DNA of 57,204 nt from Candidatus Omnitrophota bacterium. Its GTDB lineage: Bacteria; Omnitrophota; Gorgyraeia; JAZDFF01. Where the stretch lies: positions 1 through 57,204 of the forward strand of contig JAZDFF010000035.1 in NCBI GenBank assembly GCA_043808095.1, given 5' to 3'. The notes beneath the pieces are model-generated. The model was given only the letters and a program-made list of their open reading frames with translations. It had not been told where the DNA came from and made no database searches. A program made the translations under genes and the position numbers. Shown in pieces: positions 17,448 through 27,139 of this stretch (its first letter is position 1; each line of letters opens with the position of its first letter).

Positions 17448-18359
17448 TTATGCAAACCCCCTCTGCAACCCCAATTCTCTTGCCATCTCTATTACCTTAT
17501 TATACTCCTCTTCTGTAAGTCGTCGACTCAATTCTGGGTAGCTTAAGGCCTGGAACTGCGGCCGATACTGGTCCATAATGTTTACGTAAGCATCTTTGGA
17601 AATCTCCTCGGCAATAAACTCTAAGACCTTTTTTGAGCCGGCTAAGTCATTGGGTAAAACTAAGTGCCTGATAAGTAAGCCTCTCTCTGCGATTCCATCA
17701 ATAACCTCTAAATCGCCCACCTGCCTATACATCTCTAAGACCGCCTCTTTCGCGTGTTCAAAATAATCCGGCGCCTTTGAGAATTTTTCTGCCGGCTCTT
17801 TTTGACTATATTTTATATCCGGCATATAGATATCAACAATGCCATCCAATAATTTGACCGTCTCAACATTTTCATATCCTCCGCAGTTATAGACAATGGG
17901 CAGTCGAAGCCCAAGTTCAATGGCAAACTTTATTGCCTTTACTAATTGCGGGCTAAAATGCGTGGGTGTAACTAAATTGATATTATGACAACCCAGCTTT
18001 TGTAGACGAAGCATATTTTTCGCCAATTCTTTTTCTGAAATCGCCTGACCTTCTCCTAAATGGCTAATCTCATAATTCTGGCAATATAAACAGCCCAAGT
18101 TACATCGGCTTAAAAATATAGTTCCTGAACCGCCAGAGCCGACCAATTCACTCTCTTCGCCGAAATGCGGATAAATACTTAAGACCACCAACTCATCAGT
18201 GGCGCCACAAAATCCTTTTTCTTTTTTTAGGCGATTGACACGACAATTGCGCGGGCAGAGCGTACAGTTTTCTAAAATCTTATACAATTTATCTATCCGC
18301 TCATCAAAGAGGCCGCTTGAATTTAATTTTAAATAGGCGAGCTTATAATTGATTTTCAT
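17448..18359 (-). CDS. pflX: PflX-like radical SAM protein
   Basis: CTLCPRNC.VNR, HFGEE, CNLGCLYCQN, DIYMPDIKY, IRHLVLP. Confidence 0.88.
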   Translation of the reverse strand: MKINYKLAYLKLNSSGLFDERIDKLYKILENCTLCPRNCRVNRLKKEKGFCGATDELVVLSIYPHFGEESELVGSGGSGTIFLSRCNLGCLYCQNYEISHLGEGQAISEKELAKNMLRLQKLGCHNINLVTPTHFSPQLVKAIKFAIELGLRLPIVYNCGGYENVETVKLLDGIVDIYMPDIKYSQKEPAEKFSKAPDYFEHAKEAVLEMYRQVGDLEVIDGIAERGLLIRHLVLPNDLAGSKKVLEFIAEEISKDAYVNIMDQYRPQFQALSYPELSRRLTEEEYNKVIEMARELGLQRGFA

Positions 18360-18518
18360 TAAAAAAATTGCGATACACAGATGGGCACAGACTAAGATAA
18401 AGTAGAGAGTATAAAGTAGCGAGAAAAAATTAAAAAATCTCTCTATTCTCTGCTATCTCCTCGCTACTCTTAATAATCTGTTATTGTCTGTGTAATATTA
18501 ATAATTTTGTTGTATCAA

Positions 18519-19652
18519 TCAGATACAGGCATTGTTAAAATTCTTTAAAAACTCTACCAAAACCCTTGCACCCCGATAGAGATCATCAATCCTTGCATAT
18601 TCGTCTGTGGCATGACTGGTGCCTTTGGCGCCAAAACCCGTTGCAATCGCCGGAATATTCATTTTTTTAAAGAAGGTGATAACTGTAGCTCCCTCAGAGC
18701 CTTTAAGACGGGATTTCGCTTTTATATTTTTTGCTGCCTTAATCAACCCCCTAACCAAGGGATTATCCTTATTTATCTCATAAGGATCTTGCATGCTCTC
18801 TATCTCAATTTTAAACTTCCCGGCATATCGCAAGATAATATTTTTTATTTCTTTTAGAATTTTATCCCGGCTCATCCCGGGTAAAAATCTTAGGTCAACG
18901 CTGAATTCGCAGAAGTCCGCAACCATATTCACCTTATCCCCTCCGACAATTGTCCCGATATTTATCGTCGGGCCGCGAAGCAGTTTATGGGCTTTGTATT
19001 TAAATTTTAACCTTTTTAAGTCATTAATTATTCTTGAGGCGATTTCTATCGCATTTACGCCGAGCCACGGATAAGCGCCGTGGGCCTTCTTGCCGGAAAT
19101 ATTTATCTTAAAATGAATCAGGCCTTTCTGGGCTACAATGATATCAAAAGAGCTGGCATCTAAGATAAGCGCAAAGTCCGGCCTTAAGAGTATCCTCTTT
19201 AATAAGGGTATGATTCCATATTTAGAACTCGCCTCCTCGTCAGCCGTAGCGGCAAAGATAAGATTATAATTTAGTTTTATCCCATCTTCAACAAGGCTTC
19301 TTATCGCCTCAAGGCAGGAAGAAAGATTTCCTTTACAATCAGTTGCGCCCCGGCCGTAAATTTTCCCTTTTATAATTTTTGCCGAATAAGGATTGTATTT
19401 CCAGCCGCCTCCTGCTGGCACAGTATCCAGATGCGGGGTTAAAAGCAGAGAACATCGCGCAGATTCTGCTTTTAATATACCAACGACATTGGGCCGTTTC
19501 TCTAAGAAGGAATAGGTCTTAACTTCAAGCCCAAGGGATCCTAATTCTTTTTTTACCTCCATGGCAATCTCGTACTCTTCGCCAGGCGGATTTTCGGATT
19601 TAATGCGCAGCAATCTTTGGGTAAGGCTTATTAACCTTTTTTTATTAACCAT
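18519..19652 (-). CDS. M20 family metallopeptidase (ArgE/DapE-like)
   Basis: HLDTVP, YGRGATDCKG, ADEE, GKKAHG, H..DE. Confidence 0.9.
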   Translation of the reverse strand: MVNKKRLISLTQRLLRIKSENPPGEEYEIAMEVKKELGSLGLEVKTYSFLEKRPNVVGILKAESARCSLLLTPHLDTVPAGGGWKYNPYSAKIIKGKIYGRGATDCKGNLSSCLEAIRSLVEDGIKLNYNLIFAATADEEASSKYGIIPLLKRILLRPDFALILDASSFDIIVAQKGLIHFKINISGKKAHGAYPWLGVNAIEIASRIINDLKRLKFKYKAHKLLRGPTINIGTIVGGDKVNMVADFCEFSVDLRFLPGMSRDKILKEIKNIILRYAGKFKIEIESMQDPYEINKDNPLVRGLIKAAKNIKAKSRLKGSEGATVITFFKKMNIPAIATGFGAKGTSHATDEYARIDDLYRGARVLVEFLKNFNNACI

Positions 19653-19734
19653 ACTGCTCTGTTAACTAAATAATACTACTGTTTTTCCCGCCAAAAGTTT
19701 TCTATGGGGCGGGATCCCGCTTTTGCGGGAAAAT

Positions 19735-20102
19735 TTAAATATCAAAAAGCAAACATCAAAATGACATATCAAAATTCAAAAAATTAAATAAAAAAGATGA
19801 ATGGAAAAAGATAAAGAGTATTAAAATTTTTAATTTTACATTGTCCCGAATGTCGCTATTCTTAGTAGTGTAACTTCGGGATCCCGTCCCGAATGAATCA
19901 ACCGCTTCTGTATAGCTTCGGGATCCCGATGATTTACTTCTACGAATGGCTTCTTTCGGGAAAGAATAACCTAAGAAATTACTACATTCGGGATAATTTT
20001 GATCTTTGCCCTGAGAAATTCGCAGAATTTCCAGGACTAAGTCTCTGAAATTGCCTGCCCGCAGGGCGAGCAATTTCTAGGGGCACTTTGATTTTTACAT
20101 TG
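19735..20102. repeat. Heptamer-type inverted array (atcaaaa/ttttgat) with two nested insertions
   Basis: Left arm 19735-19782; right arm interrupted by 19843-19994 and ~20009-20083. Confidence 0.7.
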
Positions 20103-20136
20103 AAGCGTTATTTATTTGCAAGGCGCATAATATCTT

Positions 20137-20652
20137 CTACCAATGTTCCCAGCGGACAATTTCGCCTAAGGCCTTTCTTGATTGTCTCTCTCCTTGGCCG
20201 CCGGCCTTGGCATAGCCTAAGGCAAGTAGCTCGACCACGCGCACATCGCCAGGAATCCCCAAGACCTCTTTGACAGGGTCTTCATAAAATGCGCCAACCC
20301 AGCAAGACCCTATGCCTAATTCTGTAGCCTCTAAGCTCATATGGGTAATGGCAATAGCCAGGTCTATGGGATAAGCCAATTGCCCGCAGGTCATTTTATA
20401 GTCAGTGACGGTTGCGCAACAGGCAATTACTACAGGGGCCTCTGCCACAAAGGCCTGGTTTTTGGCTACCTGCATTAACTTTTGACGGGTAAGCTTATCT
20501 TTTACCGCCACAAAAACCCATTCCTGGATATTTTTCGCTGAAGGCGCAAGACGCCCTGCCTCAAGAATTAATTTGAGTTTATCCTCTCCAATTGGTTTGT
20601 CCAAAAAATTACGCACACTCATCCTTTTTCTTATGGCTTCTATAACGTCCAT
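20137..20652 (-). CDS. Nitroreductase family protein
   Basis: R.SVRNF, APSAKN.Q.W, LGIGSCWVG, LALGY. Confidence 0.93.
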   Translation of the reverse strand: MDVIEAIRKRMSVRNFLDKPIGEDKLKLILEAGRLAPSAKNIQEWVFVAVKDKLTRQKLMQVAKNQAFVAEAPVVIACCATVTDYKMTCGQLAYPIDLAIAITHMSLEATELGIGSCWVGAFYEDPVKEVLGIPGDVRVVELLALGYAKAGGQGERQSRKALGEIVRWEHW

Positions 20653-20762
20653 TCTAATTTGCTCCTTTAATCGCCAAGACGCAAAAATTGATTTAATAAT
20701 TTATACACCGCCAAGACGCAAAATTTTTCTTTTGCGTTTTTGCGGTATCTTTAATAGTTACC

Positions 20763-22313
20763 TTATTTTGCGTTCTTTGCGGTTACCTTTTTAGTAATTT
20801 TATATAACCTCTCTGCATAAAAGCTCGAATACAAGCTCTTATTTCCAAGAATCAAATCTTGTGTAAATAGATAAGGCACGACTGTCGTGTGATGCCATGT
20901 CTCATTTATACAAGAGGCTACGGTATCAATCTTGTATTTTTTAGATATCTCTCTTTCCAATAAACCGCAATGGTCATAGGCAAAAGTCGAATCAACGATA
21001 TAAACCTCATTCTTTTTGCTTAGTTGATTATCTATCTCATCAACGAGAAACTGCCGGATCTCTTTCCTATTACAAGTTACGGGGGCAATTATGGAATGCC
21101 TTTCGGTATAATAACCCAAAAATAGTCTTTCGTCCTGGGCAATAATAAGGGATGTATCCGCAGTCTTTGCCGCAACCAGTTTTGCGAATTCTTCCTGCAG
21201 GCAATATTCATGCCTTAATTTTAAAACTGGGTACATCACTAAAAACATATTTAACAAAATAAAGGCAAATAAAAGGGAGCAGGCAACGCGGTTTTGGGTA
21301 AACAGTCGACTAAGCTCATACCCCTCGTATACAATCAGGGGCAAAACTGCCAAGATTAAATACCTGGCATCAAAATTAGCTAAATTTCCATAAAAAAGAT
21401 ATAAACTCAAAAACCAGATGACGAGAAAGAAAAAGACCCGCCTCTGGTATTTAAATAAAGTGGCCATACCGACAAAGGAGATAATAAAGCTGACATAGGT
21501 AAACATATAAACTGTATATCGGGCGCTGGTAGCAAGCATCCTGCTTATAGGACCAAGGTAGTTAGCCTGCCTTAGAAGATACAATGACTGGGTTGTTCCG
21601 GTGGTAAATATCATATAGATATAAAAAATTAGCGGCAGGCAAATGAGGGCAAGAAATAACAGATAGCGCATTAAAACAGACTTATCAAAACATAATCTTC
21701 CTTTCTTAAGGTCTCTGTGGCAGACAAAAAAGATTAAAGAAACCGGCAGGATTATCAATGTATCTTGAGGCCGAGACAGGCCCTGTAAACCCAGAAATAG
21801 GCCGCAGTAAACTAAATTTTTAAGCCGGTAATTTTTTGTATAAATCACCAACTGATTAACCGACAATAGCACAAACATTATCGAAAGACAATGGCTGTTG
21901 CCGAAGGTCGAAACAGATAAAAATGCAGGGAATAGACTGAAGATTAAAGAACTAAATAATGCGCATCTTGCATTGATTAAATTCTTCACTAAAAAGTAGA
22001 AAATAACAACGTCTACAGAACTGATAAAGACACTCAGAAAATTTACGCTTAAAATCGGGTCAACAATTCCCAGCAGCCGAAAAACAAAAATAAATATCGC
22101 GCTTAAGATTATAGTCAGGGGATAGCCGAAGGCACGGTGATAATGCAGCCTTAAACTAAGAAGAGAGTCGCTGGCTAATTGCGCCTGCAACACGGTATCA
22201 AAATGAAACGGGCCTTTAGATATAAAGGCAAGGCGAAGCCAAAAACTAAATACAAAAATCAACAAAACTATCAGGAATTCTTTTATCCTACTGCTTTTAA
22301 AAGCCGAGTTCAT
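20763..22313 (-). CDS. GT-C (ArnT/PMT-like) membrane glycosyltransferase
   Basis: About 11 TM, LRL..I...P..FD loop, RP and RY motifs; ORF-track start lies in a repeat, so ATG 22313 preferred. Confidence 0.7.
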   Translation of the reverse strand: MNSAFKSSRIKEFLIVLLIFVFSFWLRLAFISKGPFHFDTVLQAQLASDSLLSLRLHYHRAFGYPLTIILSAIFIFVFRLLGIVDPILSVNFLSVFISSVDVVIFYFLVKNLINARCALFSSLIFSLFPAFLSVSTFGNSHCLSIMFVLLSVNQLVIYTKNYRLKNLVYCGLFLGLQGLSRPQDTLIILPVSLIFFVCHRDLKKGRLCFDKSVLMRYLLFLALICLPLIFYIYMIFTTGTTQSLYLLRQANYLGPISRMLATSARYTVYMFTYVSFIISFVGMATLFKYQRRVFFFLVIWFLSLYLFYGNLANFDARYLILAVLPLIVYEGYELSRLFTQNRVACSLLFAFILLNMFLVMYPVLKLRHEYCLQEEFAKLVAAKTADTSLIIAQDERLFLGYYTERHSIIAPVTCNRKEIRQFLVDEIDNQLSKKNEVYIVDSTFAYDHCGLLEREISKKYKIDTVASCINETWHHTTVVPYLFTQDLILGNKSLYSSFYAERLYKITKKVTAKNAK

Positions 22314-22342
22314 ATCTTTATTGATAATGGCAAAACCAATGG

Positions 22343-22440
22343 AACACGAATGAACACTAATCATACACGAATAAACACGAATTTGTCATCGGAATTTATT
22401 CGTGAGAATTGGTATGCAATTCGTGAGAATTCGTGCATTA
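22343..22440. repeat. ACACGAAT / ATTCGTG inverted array
   Basis: 4 acacgaa-type units, then 4 attcgtg-type units. Confidence 0.75.
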
Positions 22441-22460
22441 GTTATGCAAAGATTAATAGG

Positions 22461-23384
22461 TTATGGGCTATACCCCAATAATTTTAGGACGCCGGGGTCC
22501 TGACGCCATTTCTCTTGGGTCTTAACCGATAAATCAAGGTAGACTTTTTTTGAAAAATATTCCTCTAATTCCTGACGGGCCTTTGTGCCGGCTGACTTCA
22601 AGACCGAGCCGTCTTTACCGATAATGATCTTACGCTGGCTGTCTCTTTCAATAAGGATGCTGGCCTTAACATAGACCAAATTATTAGGACGTTGCTTGAT
22701 CTCCTCCACCAACACGGCTAAAGAGTGCGGAACTTCCTGGCGCATGCAGGCAAAAAGTTTTTCACGGATGATATCTGCGATATATATATTTTGTGGTTCA
22801 TCTCTGGTTATATCCGGAGGATAATACGCGGGGCTTTTGGGTAATTTTAAAAATATGACATCAAGGAGTTTATCTACATTAGTTCCCTTAAGGCTTGAAA
22901 GCGGCAAGACAGTTATAGAATCTACTAACTGCGCGATTGGTTTTCCTTTAATCCTCTCATAGAGCTCGATATATTGAGTGGTAAATTTTGCTCCTAGGTC
23001 TATTTTATTTAACCCTAAGATTAGATGGGTTTTTATATGCGCCAAATTCTTGGCTATCATATTTTCTTCCGGGCCTACAGGTTTGCTTGAATCCACCAGA
23101 TGCAATACTAAATCCACTCCTTCCTGGGCGCTTTTTGCAGTAACATTCATATATTTACCAAGCCTGTCCTTGGCTAAATGAAGGCCAGGGGTATCTACAA
23201 AGACAACCTGACCTCTCTTGTCATTCAATATACCCCTTACAATAAATCTGGTTGTCTGAGGGACCTTTGAGACAATGGCAACTTTTTCTTGAATAATATA
23301 ATTAAGAAGGCTTGATTTACCTACATTGGGCCTGCCTACTATAGCTACAATGCCGCAATTTAAATTACTATTTTCATCTCGCAT
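22461..23384 (-). CDS. era: GTPase Era
   Basis: GRPNVGKSS, QTTR, DTPG, NKID, EVPHS, KH domain IIGK.G. Confidence 0.96.
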   Translation of the reverse strand: MRDENSNLNCGIVAIVGRPNVGKSSLLNYIIQEKVAIVSKVPQTTRFIVRGILNDKRGQVVFVDTPGLHLAKDRLGKYMNVTAKSAQEGVDLVLHLVDSSKPVGPEENMIAKNLAHIKTHLILGLNKIDLGAKFTTQYIELYERIKGKPIAQLVDSITVLPLSSLKGTNVDKLLDVIFLKLPKSPAYYPPDITRDEPQNIYIADIIREKLFACMRQEVPHSLAVLVEEIKQRPNNLVYVKASILIERDSQRKIIIGKDGSVLKSAGTKARQELEEYFSKKVYLDLSVKTQEKWRQDPGVLKLLGYSP

Positions 23385-23541
23385 CGCTAATAATATTATT
23401 TAATTACTTTAGTGGTGGAATACTTTATTCTTTTACTTATCTTGATGAGGAGGTTTTTATTTTTTAGGATTCTCGTGGGGGAATTCGGCTGAGTAAATTT
23501 ATGCGCAAGATTCTGGCGATTATTTATTTGCCGCATAAAGC

Positions 23542-23763
23542 CTATTTAATTATTTCGACGAGTTTATTGCGGGAATGCCTGCCTTTTGTGATTTCTAAAT
23601 TCTTTATTTTTACACCAAGGAATTCAGCCAATAACTCAAGCATTGCCTTGTTTGCCTCGTCTTTTAAAGCTGGTTTAGTTACGTAAATCTTAAAATTTCC
23701 CGCGGTTACTTCTTTTATTTGAGCCTTCTTGGCTTTCGGAATAACCTTTACCGAAACAATCAT
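23542..23763 (-). CDS. DUF167/YggU family protein
   Basis: VKVIPKAKK, P....ANKA..ELLAEFL, G..SRNK. Confidence 0.88.
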   Translation of the reverse strand: MIVSVKVIPKAKKAQIKEVTAGNFKIYVTKPALKDEANKAMLELLAEFLGVKIKNLEITKGRHSRNKLVEIIK

Positions 23764-23776
23764 TTGACGAAGCTGG

Positions 23777-24235
23777 TTAGGAGGTCTGGGTTTTTGTTAA
23801 GGCCTTTTTTACTAACTCACTTACCAGGCTGCCGTCTGCCTGAGACTTAGTTTTCGATATAACCTCTTTTATAACCATGCCCATCGACTTTATATCCTTT
23901 GCGCCGGTGGAATTAAGTGCCTCCTGAATTATTGGAAGTAGTTCTGCCTCGGTCAGTTGTTTAGGCAGGTAGGATTTTAGGATCTGAAGTTCTTTCGTCT
24001 CTTTCTCAACCAGATCTAGGCGGTTTCCTTTCTTAAATTGTTCAATCGAATCCTGACGTTCTTTTACCTGGCGTTTCAAAATCGAAATCACATCGGAATC
24101 TTCAAGGCTCTTTTTTCTCTTTTCAATGGCCGCATTTATTAATGCCGCCCTCAAAAAACTTAGGGTCGAGGCCATGATTTGGTCTTTTTGTTTTCTTGCC
24201 TCATTAAAATCTTTTAAGATTTTTTCTTCTAACAT
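23777..24235 (-). CDS. yqeY: GatB/YqeY domain protein
   Basis: K.RQDSIEQF.KGNR.DL, YLPKQL, MG.V, ADG; ATG 24235 with AAGGAG. Confidence 0.92.
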   Translation of the reverse strand: MLEEKILKDFNEARKQKDQIMASTLSFLRAALINAAIEKRKKSLEDSDVISILKRQVKERQDSIEQFKKGNRLDLVEKETKELQILKSYLPKQLTEAELLPIIQEALNSTGAKDIKSMGMVIKEVISKTKSQADGSLVSELVKKALTKTQTS

Positions 24236-24248
24236 TTTATACTCCTTC

Positions 24249-24547
24249 AATGAGCAGATAATTTATGGAGTTTGCAGAACGACATAAATTATAGGACGTT
24301 AGTCCGTCTGCGAATTGAATCCCCACACCAACTTTTGTAATAAGGCTAGAGGTATAGAATTAGTTTTAATTACAAAATTAACCTTCTAACTGAAACCCCA
24401 TACCCTTTCAAAAGTTGGTGTGGGGGTAAATTCGACCAGCAAACTTACGTTTCCGCCTACGCTTAAAATCAGCTTCGGCGAGATCTCGCCAAAATTGCTT
24501 TAAGCAATTTTGGCGGACACTATCGTTCCGTAAATTGTGTCTTCATT
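24249..24547. repeat. Multi-stem palindromic element, AATGAG/CTCATT family, copy 2
   Basis: Terminal aatga/tcatt, long central stem ccccacaccaactttt/aaaagttggtgtgggg, nested TCCGCC/GGCGGA hairpin. Confidence 0.8.
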
Positions 24548-25196
24548 TGACATAACGAATGTCATCTAAATAGAATGCGGCTCCTTCGGGATTAACATCG
24601 AGATTTGTCGACCAGCAAAAACCGCCTATTATATGCGAGAGGTCTTTTCCCGTAAGATCAATTTCATACCGCTTCCAATCTTTTTCTAAAACTACCGGGC
24701 CGATGCCGGCTGCATCCGAATCAGAAAACTCTCCCGTAATGCCCCCGACTTTAAACTCCTCGATGCGTTCTCCTCTATTATGGCCTCTTGCCCAGAAGGT
24801 AAGCTTTGTATAACCGGAGAGATTAAAACCTCCGCGAATATTACCCCAATTATTGGCCGGTTCCTGCCAATACATCCCTACCCAGCGTGCCCCGGAGGTG
24901 GCTTTGTTGGAATAGGTTATTTTAATACAGGTCGAACCGCCATGAGGATTATCCATCCAGGCATCATTAAAATTAACGTCTTGGTAATCTCCCATCCAGC
25001 CCGAAGGAATGAAGTGGTTATCCGGAGATCTTTTGTCTTGGTATACATTAAATACTTTAATTTCTTTGGCAGATGAGACATCTTTCATGTCTTGAGCTGG
25101 TTCAGATGGCACAGCTGTTGATTTCTCTGTAGTAGATTTCTGGCAGCCAAATAAAAATAAGAACATTAGCATAAAATACAAAACTTTTTTCATCAC
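24543..25196 (-). CDS. Lipoprotein with carbohydrate-binding-like (beta-sandwich) domain
   Basis: LFG-C lipobox; PSGWMGD, LTFWARG, W..YEIDL, FYLDDIRY. Confidence 0.75.
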   Translation of the reverse strand: MMKKVLYFMLMFLFLFGCQKSTTEKSTAVPSEPAQDMKDVSSAKEIKVFNVYQDKRSPDNHFIPSGWMGDYQDVNFNDAWMDNPHGGSTCIKITYSNKATSGARWVGMYWQEPANNWGNIRGGFNLSGYTKLTFWARGHNRGERIEEFKVGGITGEFSDSDAAGIGPVVLEKDWKRYEIDLTGKDLSHIIGGFCWSTNLDVNPEGAAFYLDDIRYVK

Positions 25197-25206
25197 TACC
25201 TCCTTT

Positions 25207-25472
25207 TTAATCGCTAAAGCGCAAAATCAGTTTTGGCAATACCTACACCGCTTCCCGCCGTAGCGGGATCCCGTCTCGTTGTAAAATGCAGAACGGGAAA
25301 ACCACAAAAAAATCTTTGCGAACTTTGCGGTGTTTTTAATAGTTATCTACTTTTGCGTTCTTTGCGGTTCACTTTTTTAATCGCCAAAGCGCAAAAACGT
25401 AGTTTAAAGATAATCACACCGCCAAGACGCCAAAATTTTAGCGTTTTAGCGGGTTTTTGCGGTTTTGGCGGT
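25207..25472. repeat. Tandem CGCAAA-type inverted arrays with nested GCGGGATCCCG unit
   Basis: Blocks shared with 20668-20790 (taatcgc..a.cgcaaaa, taatagtta, ttttgcgttctttgcggtt). Confidence 0.75.
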
Positions 25473-25514
25473 AACAGATGTTGTCATGTTAAATCTAAGT
25501 TTTGTAACGCCATA

Positions 25515-25856
25515 TTATATCTCTGTCTTTTTGACTAATTGCCTGTAATATTCAATGCATCTATGGCAGGTTTTTTGATCCTCTTTCCATTGAGGGTGAT
25601 CTTTTTTAATCAGACCCAACAGGTATTCCTCTGCCTTGACATGGGCAAGGGCAACGTTTTCATCGATTTCTCTATCGCATATCTGGCACCTGTATTTGCC
25701 TTTTCTGGCTCCCTGAATCGGCGGCGCGCTTTTCTGGCCCTCGCATTTATTGCAGGTATCAGAACCCTGACTCGAGACCCTTACCTTAAATAGACTGCGA
25801 GCAATATTACCTAAGATGCCTTCTAATGGGACATTGCAAATTTTGCATCTGCGCAT
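25515..25856 (-). CDS. Small protein with four CxxC motifs (two putative Zn sites)
   Basis: CKIC...CNKC and CQIC...CHRC; ATG 25856 with GAGGAG. Confidence 0.7.
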   Translation of the reverse strand: MRRCKICNVPLEGILGNIARSLFKVRVSSQGSDTCNKCEGQKSAPPIQGARKGKYRCQICDREIDENVALAHVKAEEYLLGLIKKDHPQWKEDQKTCHRCIEYYRQLVKKTEI

Positions 25857-25903
25857 TTTTATCTCCTCAAATGAGCCCCTACGCATCGTCGGGGTAATGC
25901 ATT

Positions 25904-27037
25904 TTATTTTCTCTTATTTTTTGCTTTCTTCACTGAATCTGCGCTTTTAATTATCTCTTTAAGATAATTTATGGGTACGGCGAAATTTAAATTTTGGACA
26001 AACCCCCAGCTGGCTAAGGTAGCAATCCCAATAACTTCACCAAATTTATTAAAAATCGGGCCTCCGGAATTTCCGGCGGAAAGTGCGGCGGTTATCTGAA
26101 ACAATTTCATTTTACCTTTACTTCTGATCGCGCTGATCAGCCCTTCTGAAATGGATAACTCAAGACCCATGGGATTTCCTATGGCAAAAATCCTTTCACC
26201 CGCCTCGGATTCATCCGAATCTCCGATAAATAGAGGCATGAGTTCTTTAGCTTCAACTTTTAAGACCGCTATATCCTGCTCAGGGACCCCCTTCACCAGA
26301 AACGCATTTATATAGGTATCATTATTGATCTTTACCTTAATCGAATAGGCATCCTGGATAACGTGAAAATTCGTAACAATAAAACCATTGTTGTTAACCA
26401 CAAATCCGCTTCCTAATCCGAGCTGTTCGTTATTCTTATCATAGGTGTTAATGGTGAGAATTCCTTTGCTAAAATTTTTAATAATTTCCGGGGCTTTTAA
26501 TTCTCTTCTTGATCTTTTATTTAAGACTGAAAGCCTCGCTTCTTCTAATAATGACTGCGGCAATTTTGAAATATAGGTAGTCCTCCTGGGCTGGTTGATC
26601 ATCTCATAAATCCTATCTACTGCCGGACGGCTAACCAGTTTAATATAACTTTTCTTAACAATTACAGGGATAATTAAGAAAGTGGCTCCAAAGACAACAG
26701 TCAATATAATCTTGGTAGAGCGTGAAAATCTTGCGCCCATCCAAAGAAGAATAATACCCAAAGGCGGCACAAATACTAATAAAAGCGAAACCACCCATCT
26801 TCTGAAAAACCATTTAATCTTTTTTTCTTTAAATACCTGTGTCAAGAATATAAAAATAAACCAACCTGCCACGGCAAATAAACTTAGCCAAATTAAATCT
26901 TTGTATGACCGGTCTAAAGAAAATGCGGTTTCAATTAGACCCCTGAGCCAGTAAAAAAATACCAGGCCGCTCATTATGGGATGCTCAAGGATCTTTCTTT
27001 TTAGCCAAGACGCATGTCTTTTCAGTGCCCTTCTCAT
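25904..27037 (-). CDS. Membrane-anchored trypsin-like (S1C) serine protease, no PDZ
   Basis: GSGF, TNFHV, DIAVL, GNSGGP; 4 N-terminal TM. Confidence 0.9.
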   Translation of the reverse strand: MRRALKRHASWLKRKILEHPIMSGLVFFYWLRGLIETAFSLDRSYKDLIWLSLFAVAGWFIFIFLTQVFKEKKIKWFFRRWVVSLLLVFVPPLGIILLWMGARFSRSTKIILTVVFGATFLIIPVIVKKSYIKLVSRPAVDRIYEMINQPRRTTYISKLPQSLLEEARLSVLNKRSRRELKAPEIIKNFSKGILTINTYDKNNEQLGLGSGFVVNNNGFIVTNFHVIQDAYSIKVKINNDTYINAFLVKGVPEQDIAVLKVEAKELMPLFIGDSDESEAGERIFAIGNPMGLELSISEGLISAIRSKGKMKLFQITAALSAGNSGGPIFNKFGEVIGIATLASWGFVQNLNFAVPINYLKEIIKSADSVKKAKNKRK

Positions 27038-27139
27038 CTTTAATATATCGGGGTATCGTTGGTATCCCGCAGATTACCAAGAGTAGCGAGAAAAATCTCT
27101 CTACTTTATTTTACTCTGCGATCATCTGCGTAAGAATTA

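Noticed and set aside
19843-19994. Canonical CRISPR array
   Set aside because: Repeats too short and irregular, no leader or cas operon; kept only as a CRISPR-like finding
19756-20073. 105-aa - strand ORF
   Set aside because: Lies wholly in nested repeats; repetitive GSRSYT peptide
25233-25538. + strand ORFs at 25233 and 20573 sharing FNSYL.LRSLR
   Set aside because: Similarity arises from a shared DNA repeat; no RBS, antisense to the operons
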